Positions 9,945 through 19,248 of a stretch of DNA of 64,000 nucleotides are shown piece after piece (positions within the stretch are counted from its first letter, which is position 1; the number at the start of each line of letters is the position of its first letter). A model generated the notes under the pieces. The model had not been told where the DNA came from and made no database searches. It saw only the letters and a list, made by a program, of their open reading frames with translations. The stretch comes from Rhodothermales bacterium (GTDB lineage: Bacteria; Bacteroidota; Rhodothermia; Rhodothermales; Bin80): positions 4,464,196 to 4,528,195 of the forward strand of contig OZ244626.1 of assembly GCA_965218495.1 (NCBI GenBank), in the 5' to 3' direction. The position numbers were made by a program, and so were the translations under genes.

Positions 9945-10062
9945 GAATATGCGCGTAGTCGGGAGCAAGCTGCTCCGGGCCACTACACGCGCAGGGCGAC
10001 GTTGGCCCGCACGCATAGGAGCCATGATCCCGTCGGAATGTTCGGGCCTGCATGGTCTTGGA
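9945..10062. repeat. Right copy of the perfect 118-bp direct repeat
   Basis: Identical to 6103-6220. Confidence 0.95.
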
Positions 10063-10405
10063 CGCTTTCAGCTGGCTAACCCTTGTACAGTGCAGGCAGC
10101 AGCGCCAACGGCAACTGAACCGGTGACAGGATCCCGCGTCTTGCCTTTTTCGAGTTAGCAAGAACAAGGATCTTTGGGAGCAATCCGTAGGACTTGAGGG
10201 GCATATTGGCGGTGGGGTGTATCGGGCTAGTCGCAGTAGTGGTGCAAAATGCAGGCTTCTGTGCTGCTTACACCTTTACTCCTGGCTTCTGCCCGCAAGC
10301 CTACGTACCTACCGGCAGAAAGGGTACTTTTCGGGCAATCACCAAATCTGGGTAGCCTTGGTGGAGAGCAGCAGAATTGATAGCCCGCGCAGGCGTATTT
10401 TGATC

Positions 10406-11017
10406 ATGGTTCGCGTACAGACTAGCCTTGGATCAATGTATCGCCTTCACGCTCGCATTTTGCTTGCCATCTGCGTTTTTGCGCCTCTTGGCTGCAGCGC
10501 CCAGATTCCCGATGCCGATCAACAGGTCGCGGATGCAGTACTTGCGGCGCCTGAAGAGTTGCGCGACGGTGCACGTGTTTACGGCTATGACAACGCAGGC
10601 AATCTGCTCCCTCTAAGGGATGGGACCAATGATCTCACCTGCCTCGCCGATCAGCCCGGCGACGAGCGGTTTCATGTGGCGTGCTACCACAATTCTCTTG
10701 AACCCTACATGGCGCGCGGCCGTGCGCTCCGCGCCGAGGGCATTCAAGGTCAAGAGTCTCTTGACATCCGGCACAAAGAGGCCAACGCAGGGACACTTGT
10801 GATGCCCACAGCACCCGCTGCCGTTTACAACGTGGGCGGAGAATTGGAAACTTTCGATGCAACGCAAGCCAGGGTCAGCTTGTACGCTCTGTATATTCCC
10901 TATGCTACGCAGGAGAGCACAGGCCTTCCAGAAAGGCCAGCAGCGCCGGGCGCCCCTTGGATTATGCGTCCAGGCACACCGTCTGCGCACATCATGATTG
11001 CGCCACCGGAGGACTAG
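10406..11017 (+). CDS. Hypothetical secreted protein
   Basis: Internal ATG at 10406 (or 10436) precedes a signal-like segment ARILLAICVFAPLGCSAQ. I recognise no family. The upstream part of the track ORF (from 10217) is Cys/Arg-rich and non-protein-like. Confidence 0.6.
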   Translation: MVRVQTSLGSMYRLHARILLAICVFAPLGCSAQIPDADQQVADAVLAAPEELRDGARVYGYDNAGNLLPLRDGTNDLTCLADQPGDERFHVACYHNSLEPYMARGRALRAEGIQGQESLDIRHKEANAGTLVMPTAPAAVYNVGGELETFDATQARVSLYALYIPYATQESTGLPERPAAPGAPWIMRPGTPSAHIMIAPPED

Positions 11018-11949
11018 TTAGGCGCGAAGTGGTTGGCCTATCTTCGTAGCAGGCTAGGCAGTGACAGGCTGGTGTCGACGGGACCGCCGCCGGTCTATGT
11101 GGATCGGAAGTCGTTGTATCCGGCGGTTTGGATGTGCTGCATGCCGTTGAGGTCGTTGCGTGGATTGGCCCAAGCCTGATTTCCCAGTGCACCGCGAAAA
11201 GGCGCTTTCCTGTGGCGGGTGCGAATCCCACCCAACCGCTCGCGCAGCGGGCACTATATCAAGGGGTAGTCACATTTTTCTTGGGGTGCGGCTCATGGAG
11301 GAGAGGCCAGGTGAAAAGACTGGACGCCGTAGGTGAAGAAGTTTTGTTGACGATGCAAAAGGGAGGTGAAGATGAGCGCCGGAGTCGGCGGAGCCTGTTT
11401 GCGGTTGCGAGGAAGCAAGGTGGCACGGCGATGCTGGAGTTCATTGCCGGCAGAGGCGAAGGGGGAAATCTTCAGGACCAAGTTGCGCTGCTTGGGACGC
11501 ACGGTGAAGATGCTCAGCTCAAACGTGAGGTTTCTCTCCACCTACTGCGCCACCTCGCGGCCTCGGTTCGCCATCAGCAGTCTCACGACACGGATTTTGT
11601 GATCATCCGCGTCAACCCGCCGAAGCCATCTGGAATTACCTTGGCGTAACGACTCTGAAGGAAACCAAATACGCTGGTACGAGACGTCGGGCCCGCGGAT
11701 TCGACGGCATGGCGGATTAACTCCAACCTGGCTTTGCGGGCAGGAGCGCACCACGAGAGGGACCCTGCGTCCCGCCGCAGGCCAATCGATCCGATTGGAA
11801 TTCGGCGGAAATGACGACGCTGGTGAATGAAGAGCTAGACCGCGGCATGCTGGCGCCTATTCCACTTTCCTATGGCGATTTTTCGCACCGGATTACAGCG
11901 GATACATCTGCGCTTCGATGCCATGTTACGCTGTGTCCGCCGAACCTGG

Positions 11950-13302
11950 CTAAGCCTTGTTGCGTGTCCTTCTTCTTAAGACCCAAAAAACAGCAAACGG
12001 GAGCCCCGTAGCAACGAAGGCCAGATCAATCAGTGACTCTTGCGGCTCAAACCAGGCGCGCAGGACTACCAGCGCGATGGTGGCAAGGAGATACAGCGCC
12101 GGCAGAACAGGGTAGCCGGGCATCTTGAATGCATTCTCTTCCCCAATCTGACGGTGCCTCAATATGAAGAAAGCTACCGCAGTGACACCATAGAATATCA
12201 AGATTGCAAAAACCATTCCGGCTATGATGTCCTCAAACGTGCCCCGCGCCAGAAGTATCACCGCGCCCCACGCGCAGTGTGCCAGGATGGCCAGCGACGG
12301 CGTCCGGTACTTCGGATGGACGTATTGGAGCCATCCGAAGAAGAGGCGATCCTTTGCCATAGTGTAGTAGACACGTGCGGAGGCCAGCATCGTGCCGTTG
12401 ATGCTACCTACACAGGAGATGACGACAATGACGGCGATGACGGCCGCTCCAACGGACCCAATGGTAACGGTCATGGTTTCCGTCGCCACCCGTTCAGTTG
12501 CACGCAACCCCTCAATGCCCAGCGTGCGGAAGTAGACTAAGTTGGCCATGAGGTAAACCACCGCCACGATCAGGAGTCCGAACAGGATACCACGCGGGAG
12601 TGCGCGGCGTGGGTTCTTCATCTCGCCGGCTACGTAGCCTACGCGTTCCCAGCCAATGGTTGTAAACATCACCAGGTAGAGTGCGGCGACCAGATTGGCA
12701 ATCGTGCCAGTCTCGACAAGGACCGGCGCCGAAGTCATGAGCTTGTCATCCGCGGCACCGACAAGCAGAACGCCCAGTACGATGATGAACAGCAGGCCGC
12801 TGACCTTTAGTGCAGAGGTGACATTCTGAAAGACGCTGGCGGGCTTGGTCCCTATGTAGTTGATAAAGCCAATGACCGCAATAATGCCGAGGGCCAACAA
12901 GGTCTGTTGCGCCCCCGATAGCGCGACAAAATGCTCTACGTAGTCAACGGCTATGATGGAAAGGCCGGCAGCTGGGCTCGTTCGAATGATGAAAAGCTGT
13001 GCCCAGCCGAACATGAAGCCCGCAAACGGGCCAAAGGCCTTCGTGATGTAGACATATTCGCCACCCGTGACCGGCATGCGCGTGCCCAGCTCCGAGTAGA
13101 GAAGACCACCGACAATGGCAAACACGGCTACCCCACCCCAAAGCCAGAACACCACAGGAAACGACTCAACCAGTGCAGCGATGCGTTGCGGCGTAGCAAA
13201 GATGCCGGACCCAATGGTGATTCCCACCAAGATCCCCATCGCATCGATCCAGGTCAGTACCTTTTTCAATGGGGGCTGGGATGCTGCAGTCGAGTTAGGC
13301 AT
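11950..13302 (-). CDS. APC-family amino acid permease
   Basis: 450 aa and polytopic. N-terminal motif WIDAMGILVGITIGSGIFATPQ is typical of the amino acid/polyamine/organocation superfamily. Confidence 0.9.
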   Translation of the reverse strand: MPNSTAASQPPLKKVLTWIDAMGILVGITIGSGIFATPQRIAALVESFPVVFWLWGGVAVFAIVGGLLYSELGTRMPVTGGEYVYITKAFGPFAGFMFGWAQLFIIRTSPAAGLSIIAVDYVEHFVALSGAQQTLLALGIIAVIGFINYIGTKPASVFQNVTSALKVSGLLFIIVLGVLLVGAADDKLMTSAPVLVETGTIANLVAALYLVMFTTIGWERVGYVAGEMKNPRRALPRGILFGLLIVAVVYLMANLVYFRTLGIEGLRATERVATETMTVTIGSVGAAVIAVIVVISCVGSINGTMLASARVYYTMAKDRLFFGWLQYVHPKYRTPSLAILAHCAWGAVILLARGTFEDIIAGMVFAILIFYGVTAVAFFILRHRQIGEENAFKMPGYPVLPALYLLATIALVVLRAWFEPQESLIDLAFVATGLPFAVFWVLRRRTRNKA

Positions 13303-13350
13303 GGTAACGTCGGGTCACGGGTGGCAAAATGCAGGGGGCAGGCGGCTTGC

Positions 13351-15051
13351 TCAAAAGCCTATCGCGCGGCCGTCATAGCTCCGGGAATCCGCGGCGCCAA
13401 AGAGTAAGTCTCCTTCCAATGCGACGCAGTGAGCGCGCCCCTGCGTGCCGCGAAAGCGCACCTGATGCCCCAGCGCTTCGTACAGCCGCTTGGTGTCTGG
13501 CGAAATCCCCAGCGACTCGAAACTCGTCACATCAGGTAGCCATTGGTGATGGATGCGGGGCGCCTCAACGGCTTCCCCAACATTCATGCCGTGGTCGATG
13601 ACATTAAGGATAACTTGTAAGACCGTGTTGATGATCGTGCGCCCACCAGGGGTGCCCACAACAAGTACAGGTTTCCCATCACGTGCCACAATTGAGGGCG
13701 TCATGCTGGACAGCATACGCTTCTTCGGAGCCACCACATTGGGCGGCGTACCTATCGTGCCGCGCGAGTCGGTTCGACCAGGAATGGGGTTGAAGTCTCC
13801 CATCTCGTTATTGAGCAAAAATCCTGTCCCCGTAGCCACAATGCGGGAGCCGTACCCGTATTCCAGTGTGTACGTTAGGGAGACTGCGTTGCCCTCTCCG
13901 TCCATCACGGAGAGGTGCGTGGTTTCCTCGCTTTCGTAGCTCGAGTACAATCCCGCGAAGCGGGAAGAATCGCTTACCGAGGCGCGCGCGAGGTCTATGC
14001 TTTCGCGAAGTCGCGCAGCATATGCTTTTGACGTTAGCCGCTCGATGGGCATGTCGGGGTTAAAATGGGGATCGCCCAAGTGCTCTGCACGGTCGGCAAA
14101 GGCACGCCGCATCGCTTCTGTAAGCACGTGAAGGTACTGAGCCGAATTGTGCCCCATGTCCTTCAGGTCGTACCCTTCAAGGATGTTCAGCATTTCGACC
14201 AACGCAACGCCACCGCTGCTGGGCGGCGCCATAGAGTAAACATCAAAGCCCCGGTACGTCCCTTGCACGGGAGCCTGCTCTTCAGCCCGGTAAAGGGCCA
14301 AATCCTCTATCGTAATGAGGCCGCCGTGCTCGGCAGAAAACTTGGCCAGCAGGCGCGCCGTCTCGCCTGTGTAGAAGCCATCGTGGCCCCTGTCCCGAAT
14401 TCGCTCCAGCGAGGCCGCAAGATCGGGCTGCTTCCATACTTCGCCTGGCTCATAGACCGCCGTGCTGTTCCTCAGAAACGCTGCGCGCGTGGCGCTGTAT
14501 AGCGGATCGTCCTCGTGGCTAAGAAGCCGCAAGAACCCCTGTATATCTCGCGTGGACGGGAATCCCTCGGCCGCCAAACTAATGGCCGGTTCCACCAAAT
14601 CGGACCAGGGCGTTCGGCCGAGCCGCTCGTGGGCCAGCACCAAGCCGGCGACCGTACCTGGAACGCCAACAGAAAGTATGCCCTCATGGTTACTGTTGTC
14701 GTGCACTTTGCCGTCCTCACCCAGAAACATCGTAGGTGTGGCAGCGAGAGGAGCTTTTTCGCGGAAGTTGAATGAAGTCACATGGCCATTCGCACCATGG
14801 TAGACCAGAAAGCCACCTCCCCCGATGTTGCCGGCAGACGGGAGCGTGACCGCGAGGGCAAAGGCCGTGGCTACTGCTGCATCAACAGCGTTGCCCCCTT
14901 GTTCCAACACGCGCATGCCGGCCACTGAGGCCAGGTGGTGGCTTGAAACGACCATCCCATGCTCCGCTGCCACAGGTATGCGTCCGCTCTGGGCCTGCAC
15001 ACCGCGCGTGCAAACAAAAACCGACAGGAATACAGCAATGAAATAGCGCAT
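13351..15051 (-). CDS. ggt: Gamma-glutamyltransferase
   Basis: GGT blocks are present: GGNAVDAAVA, GIGGGGFLVYH, and the autoprocessing site ETTHLSVMDGEGNAVSLTYTLE. The internal ATG at 15051 gives signal peptide MRYFIAVFLSVFVCTRGVQAQ. The track start at 15330 overlaps the divergent gene. Confidence 0.9.
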   Translation of the reverse strand: MRYFIAVFLSVFVCTRGVQAQSGRIPVAAEHGMVVSSHHLASVAGMRVLEQGGNAVDAAVATAFALAVTLPSAGNIGGGGFLVYHGANGHVTSFNFREKAPLAATPTMFLGEDGKVHDNSNHEGILSVGVPGTVAGLVLAHERLGRTPWSDLVEPAISLAAEGFPSTRDIQGFLRLLSHEDDPLYSATRAAFLRNSTAVYEPGEVWKQPDLAASLERIRDRGHDGFYTGETARLLAKFSAEHGGLITIEDLALYRAEEQAPVQGTYRGFDVYSMAPPSSGGVALVEMLNILEGYDLKDMGHNSAQYLHVLTEAMRRAFADRAEHLGDPHFNPDMPIERLTSKAYAARLRESIDLARASVSDSSRFAGLYSSYESEETTHLSVMDGEGNAVSLTYTLEYGYGSRIVATGTGFLLNNEMGDFNPIPGRTDSRGTIGTPPNVVAPKKRMLSSMTPSIVARDGKPVLVVGTPGGRTIINTVLQVILNVIDHGMNVGEAVEAPRIHHQWLPDVTSFESLGISPDTKRLYEALGHQVRFRGTQGRAHCVALEGDLLFGAADSRSYDGRAIGF

Positions 15052-15138
15052 GGCTCGTAAGTTTAGGGTGCGCGCCGGAAGGTATGGGATATGCAGGAGT
15101 TGCAGAAGCAGGTTGTTTTGGGCGATGGCCAACACCCG

Positions 15139-17247
15139 ATGAAGTCGATGCAGCGGGGTGCCTGGGTACTGATTTTGCCGCTTTGGGCTTGGCTTTCGAC
15201 CGGCTGCACTTCGCCAAGCGGACGACAGGATACGGAGCCGATCGCCTTTACCAACTTGGGAGCGGAATATGTGGGAGATCTGGCATGTTTTGACTGCCAT
15301 GAAGACCAGTGGCGGGGCTTTCAGGAGCATGGCATGGCCCGGTCATTTTATCCGCTTACGCAGGAAAATGCCGTGGAGGACTTCCGGGCGGCGCCCCTGT
15401 TTCATGAAGGCAGCGGGTTCTATTACCAGGTCTTCGCGCGCGGCGATAGCTTTTACCAAGTAGAGTACCGTCTTGATGCCAGCGGCGACAGGACGCATGA
15501 GCTGGTGCGAAAGATAGACTATGTAGTAGGGAGTGGCAACGCAGCGCGCACGTACTTGACGGAGTCGGCCGGTCGCCTCTACGAGATGCCGCTTACGTGG
15601 TACGCCCAGAGTGCCACTTGGGATTTCAGCCCCGGGTATCAGATCTACAATAAGCGATTCAGTCGTCTGGTACCGGACCGGTGCATGGCATGTCACAACA
15701 GTTATCCCGGCTCGGTGCCCTTTGTGACAGGGAAGTATGACCACGTGCCTGAGGGTATTGGGTGCGAGCGCTGCCACGGGCCGGGCAGCCTTCACGTGGC
15801 CGAGCGCCTCACAAGCCCGGAGGTCCGAGACGCGGCCGATCGAACCATCGTCAATCCTGCACACCTATCCGGCGAGCTGCAGATGGACATCTGTCAGCAG
15901 TGCCATCTGCACACTACCGTATCATTGCTGCGCGAGGGGCGCGAGGCGTTTGACTTTCGACCCTCGGAGCGCCTGGAGGATTTCGTGGCACTGTTTTCGG
16001 CGCCAAAAGATGAAACAGAGGGGACGATTGACGTGATCTCGCACGCGGAGCGGCTTAAGCAAAGCGCGTGCTTTGTAGCGGCGACCATGACATGCACAAC
16101 GTGCCACAATCCCCATGAGGGATTCCGCGATAAGGGACCCGAATACTTTGATAGGACGTGCGTTAGCTGCCACGAGGGAGTGACTGTAACCGAGCACGCC
16201 GGTGGTGAAAGTTGCATCCAGTGTCATATGCCTAAGGTGCCCGCAGATGGTGCTCTTCATGCGTCCTTTACTGACCACTGGATTCGAGTCGCGGGTGCCG
16301 ACATGCCGGAATTGCGGCCGGCACACGCGTTGGAGGCAGCCGCTTTGGCGCCGTATTTCGAGCGCGACGCTTCGGGGCCAGAAGCTGAGCGCTATGCGGC
16401 GCTCGCTTACCTCGTGCATGGCACGCAGCAGGCAGACAGTGCGTTTTTGGATCGAGGCATCACGCTCGCTGGGCCAATTCATGCGCAGAACTCGTCAGGG
16501 GAATTGAGCTTTTTGCTCGGTGTGACGCTAACTAACCTGGGTCGCGCACAAGAGGCCGTAGCACCGCTTCGCTTAGCGATCGAACGTCGAGCGGTACCGG
16601 AGCGCCTGAACGGGCTAGCACAGGCACTGGAGCAGGCGGAGCAAGCGTCTGGTGAAGTCAGTGCCCTCTATGATAGCGCACTGGTGCAGCAGCCAGCGCT
16701 GGCGGACATCCGCATCAACTATGGCCTCTTCCTGCAGCGGCAGGGTGACCTGCAGCAGGCTACGGCGCAGTTCCGGTTGGCTGCCGCAGAAAAGCCGTGG
16801 CTTGCAGTTGCACACACGCACCTGGGTACCGCATACATGCAGGACGGCGCCTTTGACCAGGCAGAAGTCTCGCTGAAACGTGCAATTGCACTGGAGCCAG
16901 ACAACCCTGACGCATTGGGTAACCTCGGGCTGATGTATGCAACGATGCCTGGCCGGAACGTGGACGCCAGACGGCTCTTTGAGCGTGCAGCTGCTGCAGC
17001 ACCAGACAATGCCGTAGCTCAGGCGAACCTCGGCACCTGGTATCTCAACAACGGTCACTTGAGAGCGGCAATTGATCGCCTCGCGGCGGCGGTGGCGCTT
17101 GCACCCGACTACGTAGGTGGCATGATAAACTTAGCTCTAGCCCACGCGTGGTCGGGTAACTACGAAGAGGCCCGGCGCCTTGCTACCCAGGCGCAGGCAC
17201 TTGACCCTGGCAACACCGCCGTGCAGCAGATTCTGGACGCGCTCTAG
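15139..17247 (+). CDS. Heptaheme c-type cytochrome fused to C-terminal TPR repeats (lipoprotein)
   Basis: Seven CXXCH motifs: CFDCH, CMACH, CERCH, CQQCH, CTTCH, CVSCH, CIQCH. Lipobox-like LSTGC after the ATG at 15139. The C-terminal half is made of TPR-like repeats (AYMQDGAFDQAEVSLKRAIALEPDNPDAL...). Confidence 0.85.
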   Translation: MKSMQRGAWVLILPLWAWLSTGCTSPSGRQDTEPIAFTNLGAEYVGDLACFDCHEDQWRGFQEHGMARSFYPLTQENAVEDFRAAPLFHEGSGFYYQVFARGDSFYQVEYRLDASGDRTHELVRKIDYVVGSGNAARTYLTESAGRLYEMPLTWYAQSATWDFSPGYQIYNKRFSRLVPDRCMACHNSYPGSVPFVTGKYDHVPEGIGCERCHGPGSLHVAERLTSPEVRDAADRTIVNPAHLSGELQMDICQQCHLHTTVSLLREGREAFDFRPSERLEDFVALFSAPKDETEGTIDVISHAERLKQSACFVAATMTCTTCHNPHEGFRDKGPEYFDRTCVSCHEGVTVTEHAGGESCIQCHMPKVPADGALHASFTDHWIRVAGADMPELRPAHALEAAALAPYFERDASGPEAERYAALAYLVHGTQQADSAFLDRGITLAGPIHAQNSSGELSFLLGVTLTNLGRAQEAVAPLRLAIERRAVPERLNGLAQALEQAEQASGEVSALYDSALVQQPALADIRINYGLFLQRQGDLQQATAQFRLAAAEKPWLAVAHTHLGTAYMQDGAFDQAEVSLKRAIALEPDNPDALGNLGLMYATMPGRNVDARRLFERAAAAAPDNAVAQANLGTWYLNNGHLRAAIDRLAAAVALAPDYVGGMINLALAHAWSGNYEEARRLATQAQALDPGNTAVQQILDAL

Positions 17248-17364
17248 CGCTCGAGGGCTGCACCACAGCGTGTCTTGCCCGACAGTGGTTGCGTTGACGG
17301 GCAGTTCGTACTATGTTACTGAGGGCGTACTAGAAAAGCAGCTGCATTACCAGATCAACGCTTG

Positions 17365-19248
17365 ATGAGGCTACCGTTTTTCTTCCTTGTGCTTCTTGCA
17401 GCGGGCTGCAGCACGGCAGACCGTAGCCCCCAGTACCGCAACTTGGATGCGGCGTACGTTGGTATCGAGGCGTGCGCTACGTGCCACCCAGACAAGGCGG
17501 AGACCTACAAACAGGCGCAGATGGGGCGCTCGTGGGAAGCTGCGACGTTGGCCAACAGTACGGCAGACTTTGACAGCCCGGCTCCTGTCTACGACGACTT
17601 CAACAACCTGTACTACCAGGCCCTGGCGCGCGGCGATTCGCTGTACATCATGGAGTACCGCCTGGCCGGCACTGATACCGTGCACCGGCGCACGGAGAAG
17701 ATCGACTACATAGTAGGGTCAGGGCACCATACAAATTCCCACATCATGGACGTAGGGGGCTACCTCTACCAGATGCCGCTGACCTGGTACGCCCAGGACA
17801 GTATTTGGGACTTGCCACCCGGATTCAAGGGGGCCGGCAATATTCGCTTTGATCGCCCTATCGTGGTGAAATGCATCACATGCCATAACGGCATGCCTGC
17901 GATCGTTGAGGGCTCTTACAACAAGTACGACGCTGTGCCGCACGGCATCGACTGCGAGAGGTGCCACGGGCCCGGTTCTATCCATATCGAGGCGATGCGC
18001 ACCGGAGGTGCGGTAGACGTTTCCAAGGAGATCGACTACACCATCGTCAACCCGGCCAAGCTGCCGGTGGAGCTGCAGTTTAACATCTGCCAGGGCTGCC
18101 ATGTCCAAGGGGCTTCTGTGCCCAAGGAAGGCAAAACGTTTGCGGACTTTCGGCCTGGCATGGACCTGGCCTCGATAGAAAATGTCTTCTGGCCCCGCTT
18201 TGCGGACAGCTTGCGTCAGTTCATCATGGCGTCACATCCTGATCGGCTGACCCAAAGCGAGTGCTTCCGCCAATCCCCAGCGGAAAAACCCCTCACGTGC
18301 ATCACGTGCCACGACCCGCATGTTCCAATAGAGGCCCTCGGACAGGACCACTACAACGCTGCGTGCAAAAGTTGCCATGAACCAGCTGGTGCGGCGCAGC
18401 TACACGCCAAGCCAACCACCGAGGATTGCGTCACGTGCCACATGCCAGTGTCTGGGTCAAAGGACATTCCACACGTTCGGATCACCGACCATTTCATTCG
18501 TACCCCGGACACCACGAGTTCTACGGTGCTGACTGGCGACGCTGAGGGCGCGCGTTTTGTGCGCATGGCCAGCCTTATTGACCCTTCGCCCACGGCAAAA
18601 GAGATTGCGCAGGGATACCTGACTTACTACGAAGAGGTCACGGACCACCCGGGCTTTCTGGATTCTGCCGCTGTGTACCTGCGCGTGGCGCAGGCCCGGT
18701 CGTCGCTGACGGCCGTAGCTGCACCCCTGATTCGGATGCACTATCTGGGCAACGACTACGAGGCGATTACCCGGATCGCCCGAGGCCTCGACTCCATTTA
18801 CGATGCTTGGACGGCCTATCGGATTGGGGATTCGTATCTTGAGACTGGCAATCCTGGTGCATCGCTACCCTATTTGGAGCGGGCCGTGGCGCTTGCGCCG
18901 GCTCACCTGCAATTCAAACGACGCTTGGCGTCGGGTTACGTGCACAACGGGCGTTACGTGCAGGCAAAAGCGGTCCTAGATGAGATCTTGGCTGCGAACC
19001 CGAAGCACGCTGATGCCTACAGTGACCGGGGGTACACGCATGTGCTCCTTAGGGACTTTCTAAAGGCGGAGGCGGACCTGCTGGTGGCCATCGCCTTAAA
19101 TCCCGACTTGGAGCCGGCCGTTGCCAACCTTGCTTCCCTGTACTTTAACACTGATCGCGTAGCAGAGGCGCGGCCGCTCGTACAGCGCCTGCTGGAGCTC
19201 GATAGGACCAACATTCAATACCACCAGCTATGGGACCTCGTGCAGTAG
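17365..19248 (+). CDS. Heptaheme c-type cytochrome fused to C-terminal TPR repeats (lipoprotein), paralogue of 15139-17247
   Basis: Seven CXXCH motifs: CATCH, CITCH, CERCH, CQGCH, CITCH, CKSCH, CVTCH. Lipobox LLAAGC. Shares blocks with the upstream gene (IDY[VI]VGSG, MPLTWYAQ, CERCHGPGS, TIVNPA). Confidence 0.85.
   Translation: MRLPFFFLVLLAAGCSTADRSPQYRNLDAAYVGIEACATCHPDKAETYKQAQMGRSWEAATLANSTADFDSPAPVYDDFNNLYYQALARGDSLYIMEYRLAGTDTVHRRTEKIDYIVGSGHHTNSHIMDVGGYLYQMPLTWYAQDSIWDLPPGFKGAGNIRFDRPIVVKCITCHNGMPAIVEGSYNKYDAVPHGIDCERCHGPGSIHIEAMRTGGAVDVSKEIDYTIVNPAKLPVELQFNICQGCHVQGASVPKEGKTFADFRPGMDLASIENVFWPRFADSLRQFIMASHPDRLTQSECFRQSPAEKPLTCITCHDPHVPIEALGQDHYNAACKSCHEPAGAAQLHAKPTTEDCVTCHMPVSGSKDIPHVRITDHFIRTPDTTSSTVLTGDAEGARFVRMASLIDPSPTAKEIAQGYLTYYEEVTDHPGFLDSAAVYLRVAQARSSLTAVAAPLIRMHYLGNDYEAITRIARGLDSIYDAWTAYRIGDSYLETGNPGASLPYLERAVALAPAHLQFKRRLASGYVHNGRYVQAKAVLDEILAANPKHADAYSDRGYTHVLLRDFLKAEADLLVAIALNPDLEPAVANLASLYFNTDRVAEARPLVQRLLELDRTNIQYHQLWDLVQ

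Noticed and set aside
11128-11649. 173-aa plus-strand ORF in the 11-12 kb gap
   Set aside because: It has no motifs and a Gly/Arg/Glu-rich composition. It overlaps the more coherent, though stop-interrupted, minus-strand frame. I treat it as non-coding.
15052-15330. N-terminal extension of the ggt ORF, and similar extensions at 2552-2653 (recO), 30056-30136 (rnhB), 40879-40959 (rpmI), 53009-53152 (DUF423) and 62676-62786
   Set aside because: Internal ATGs give family-typical N-termini or signal peptides. The extensions overlap neighbouring genes or promoters and have atypical composition.
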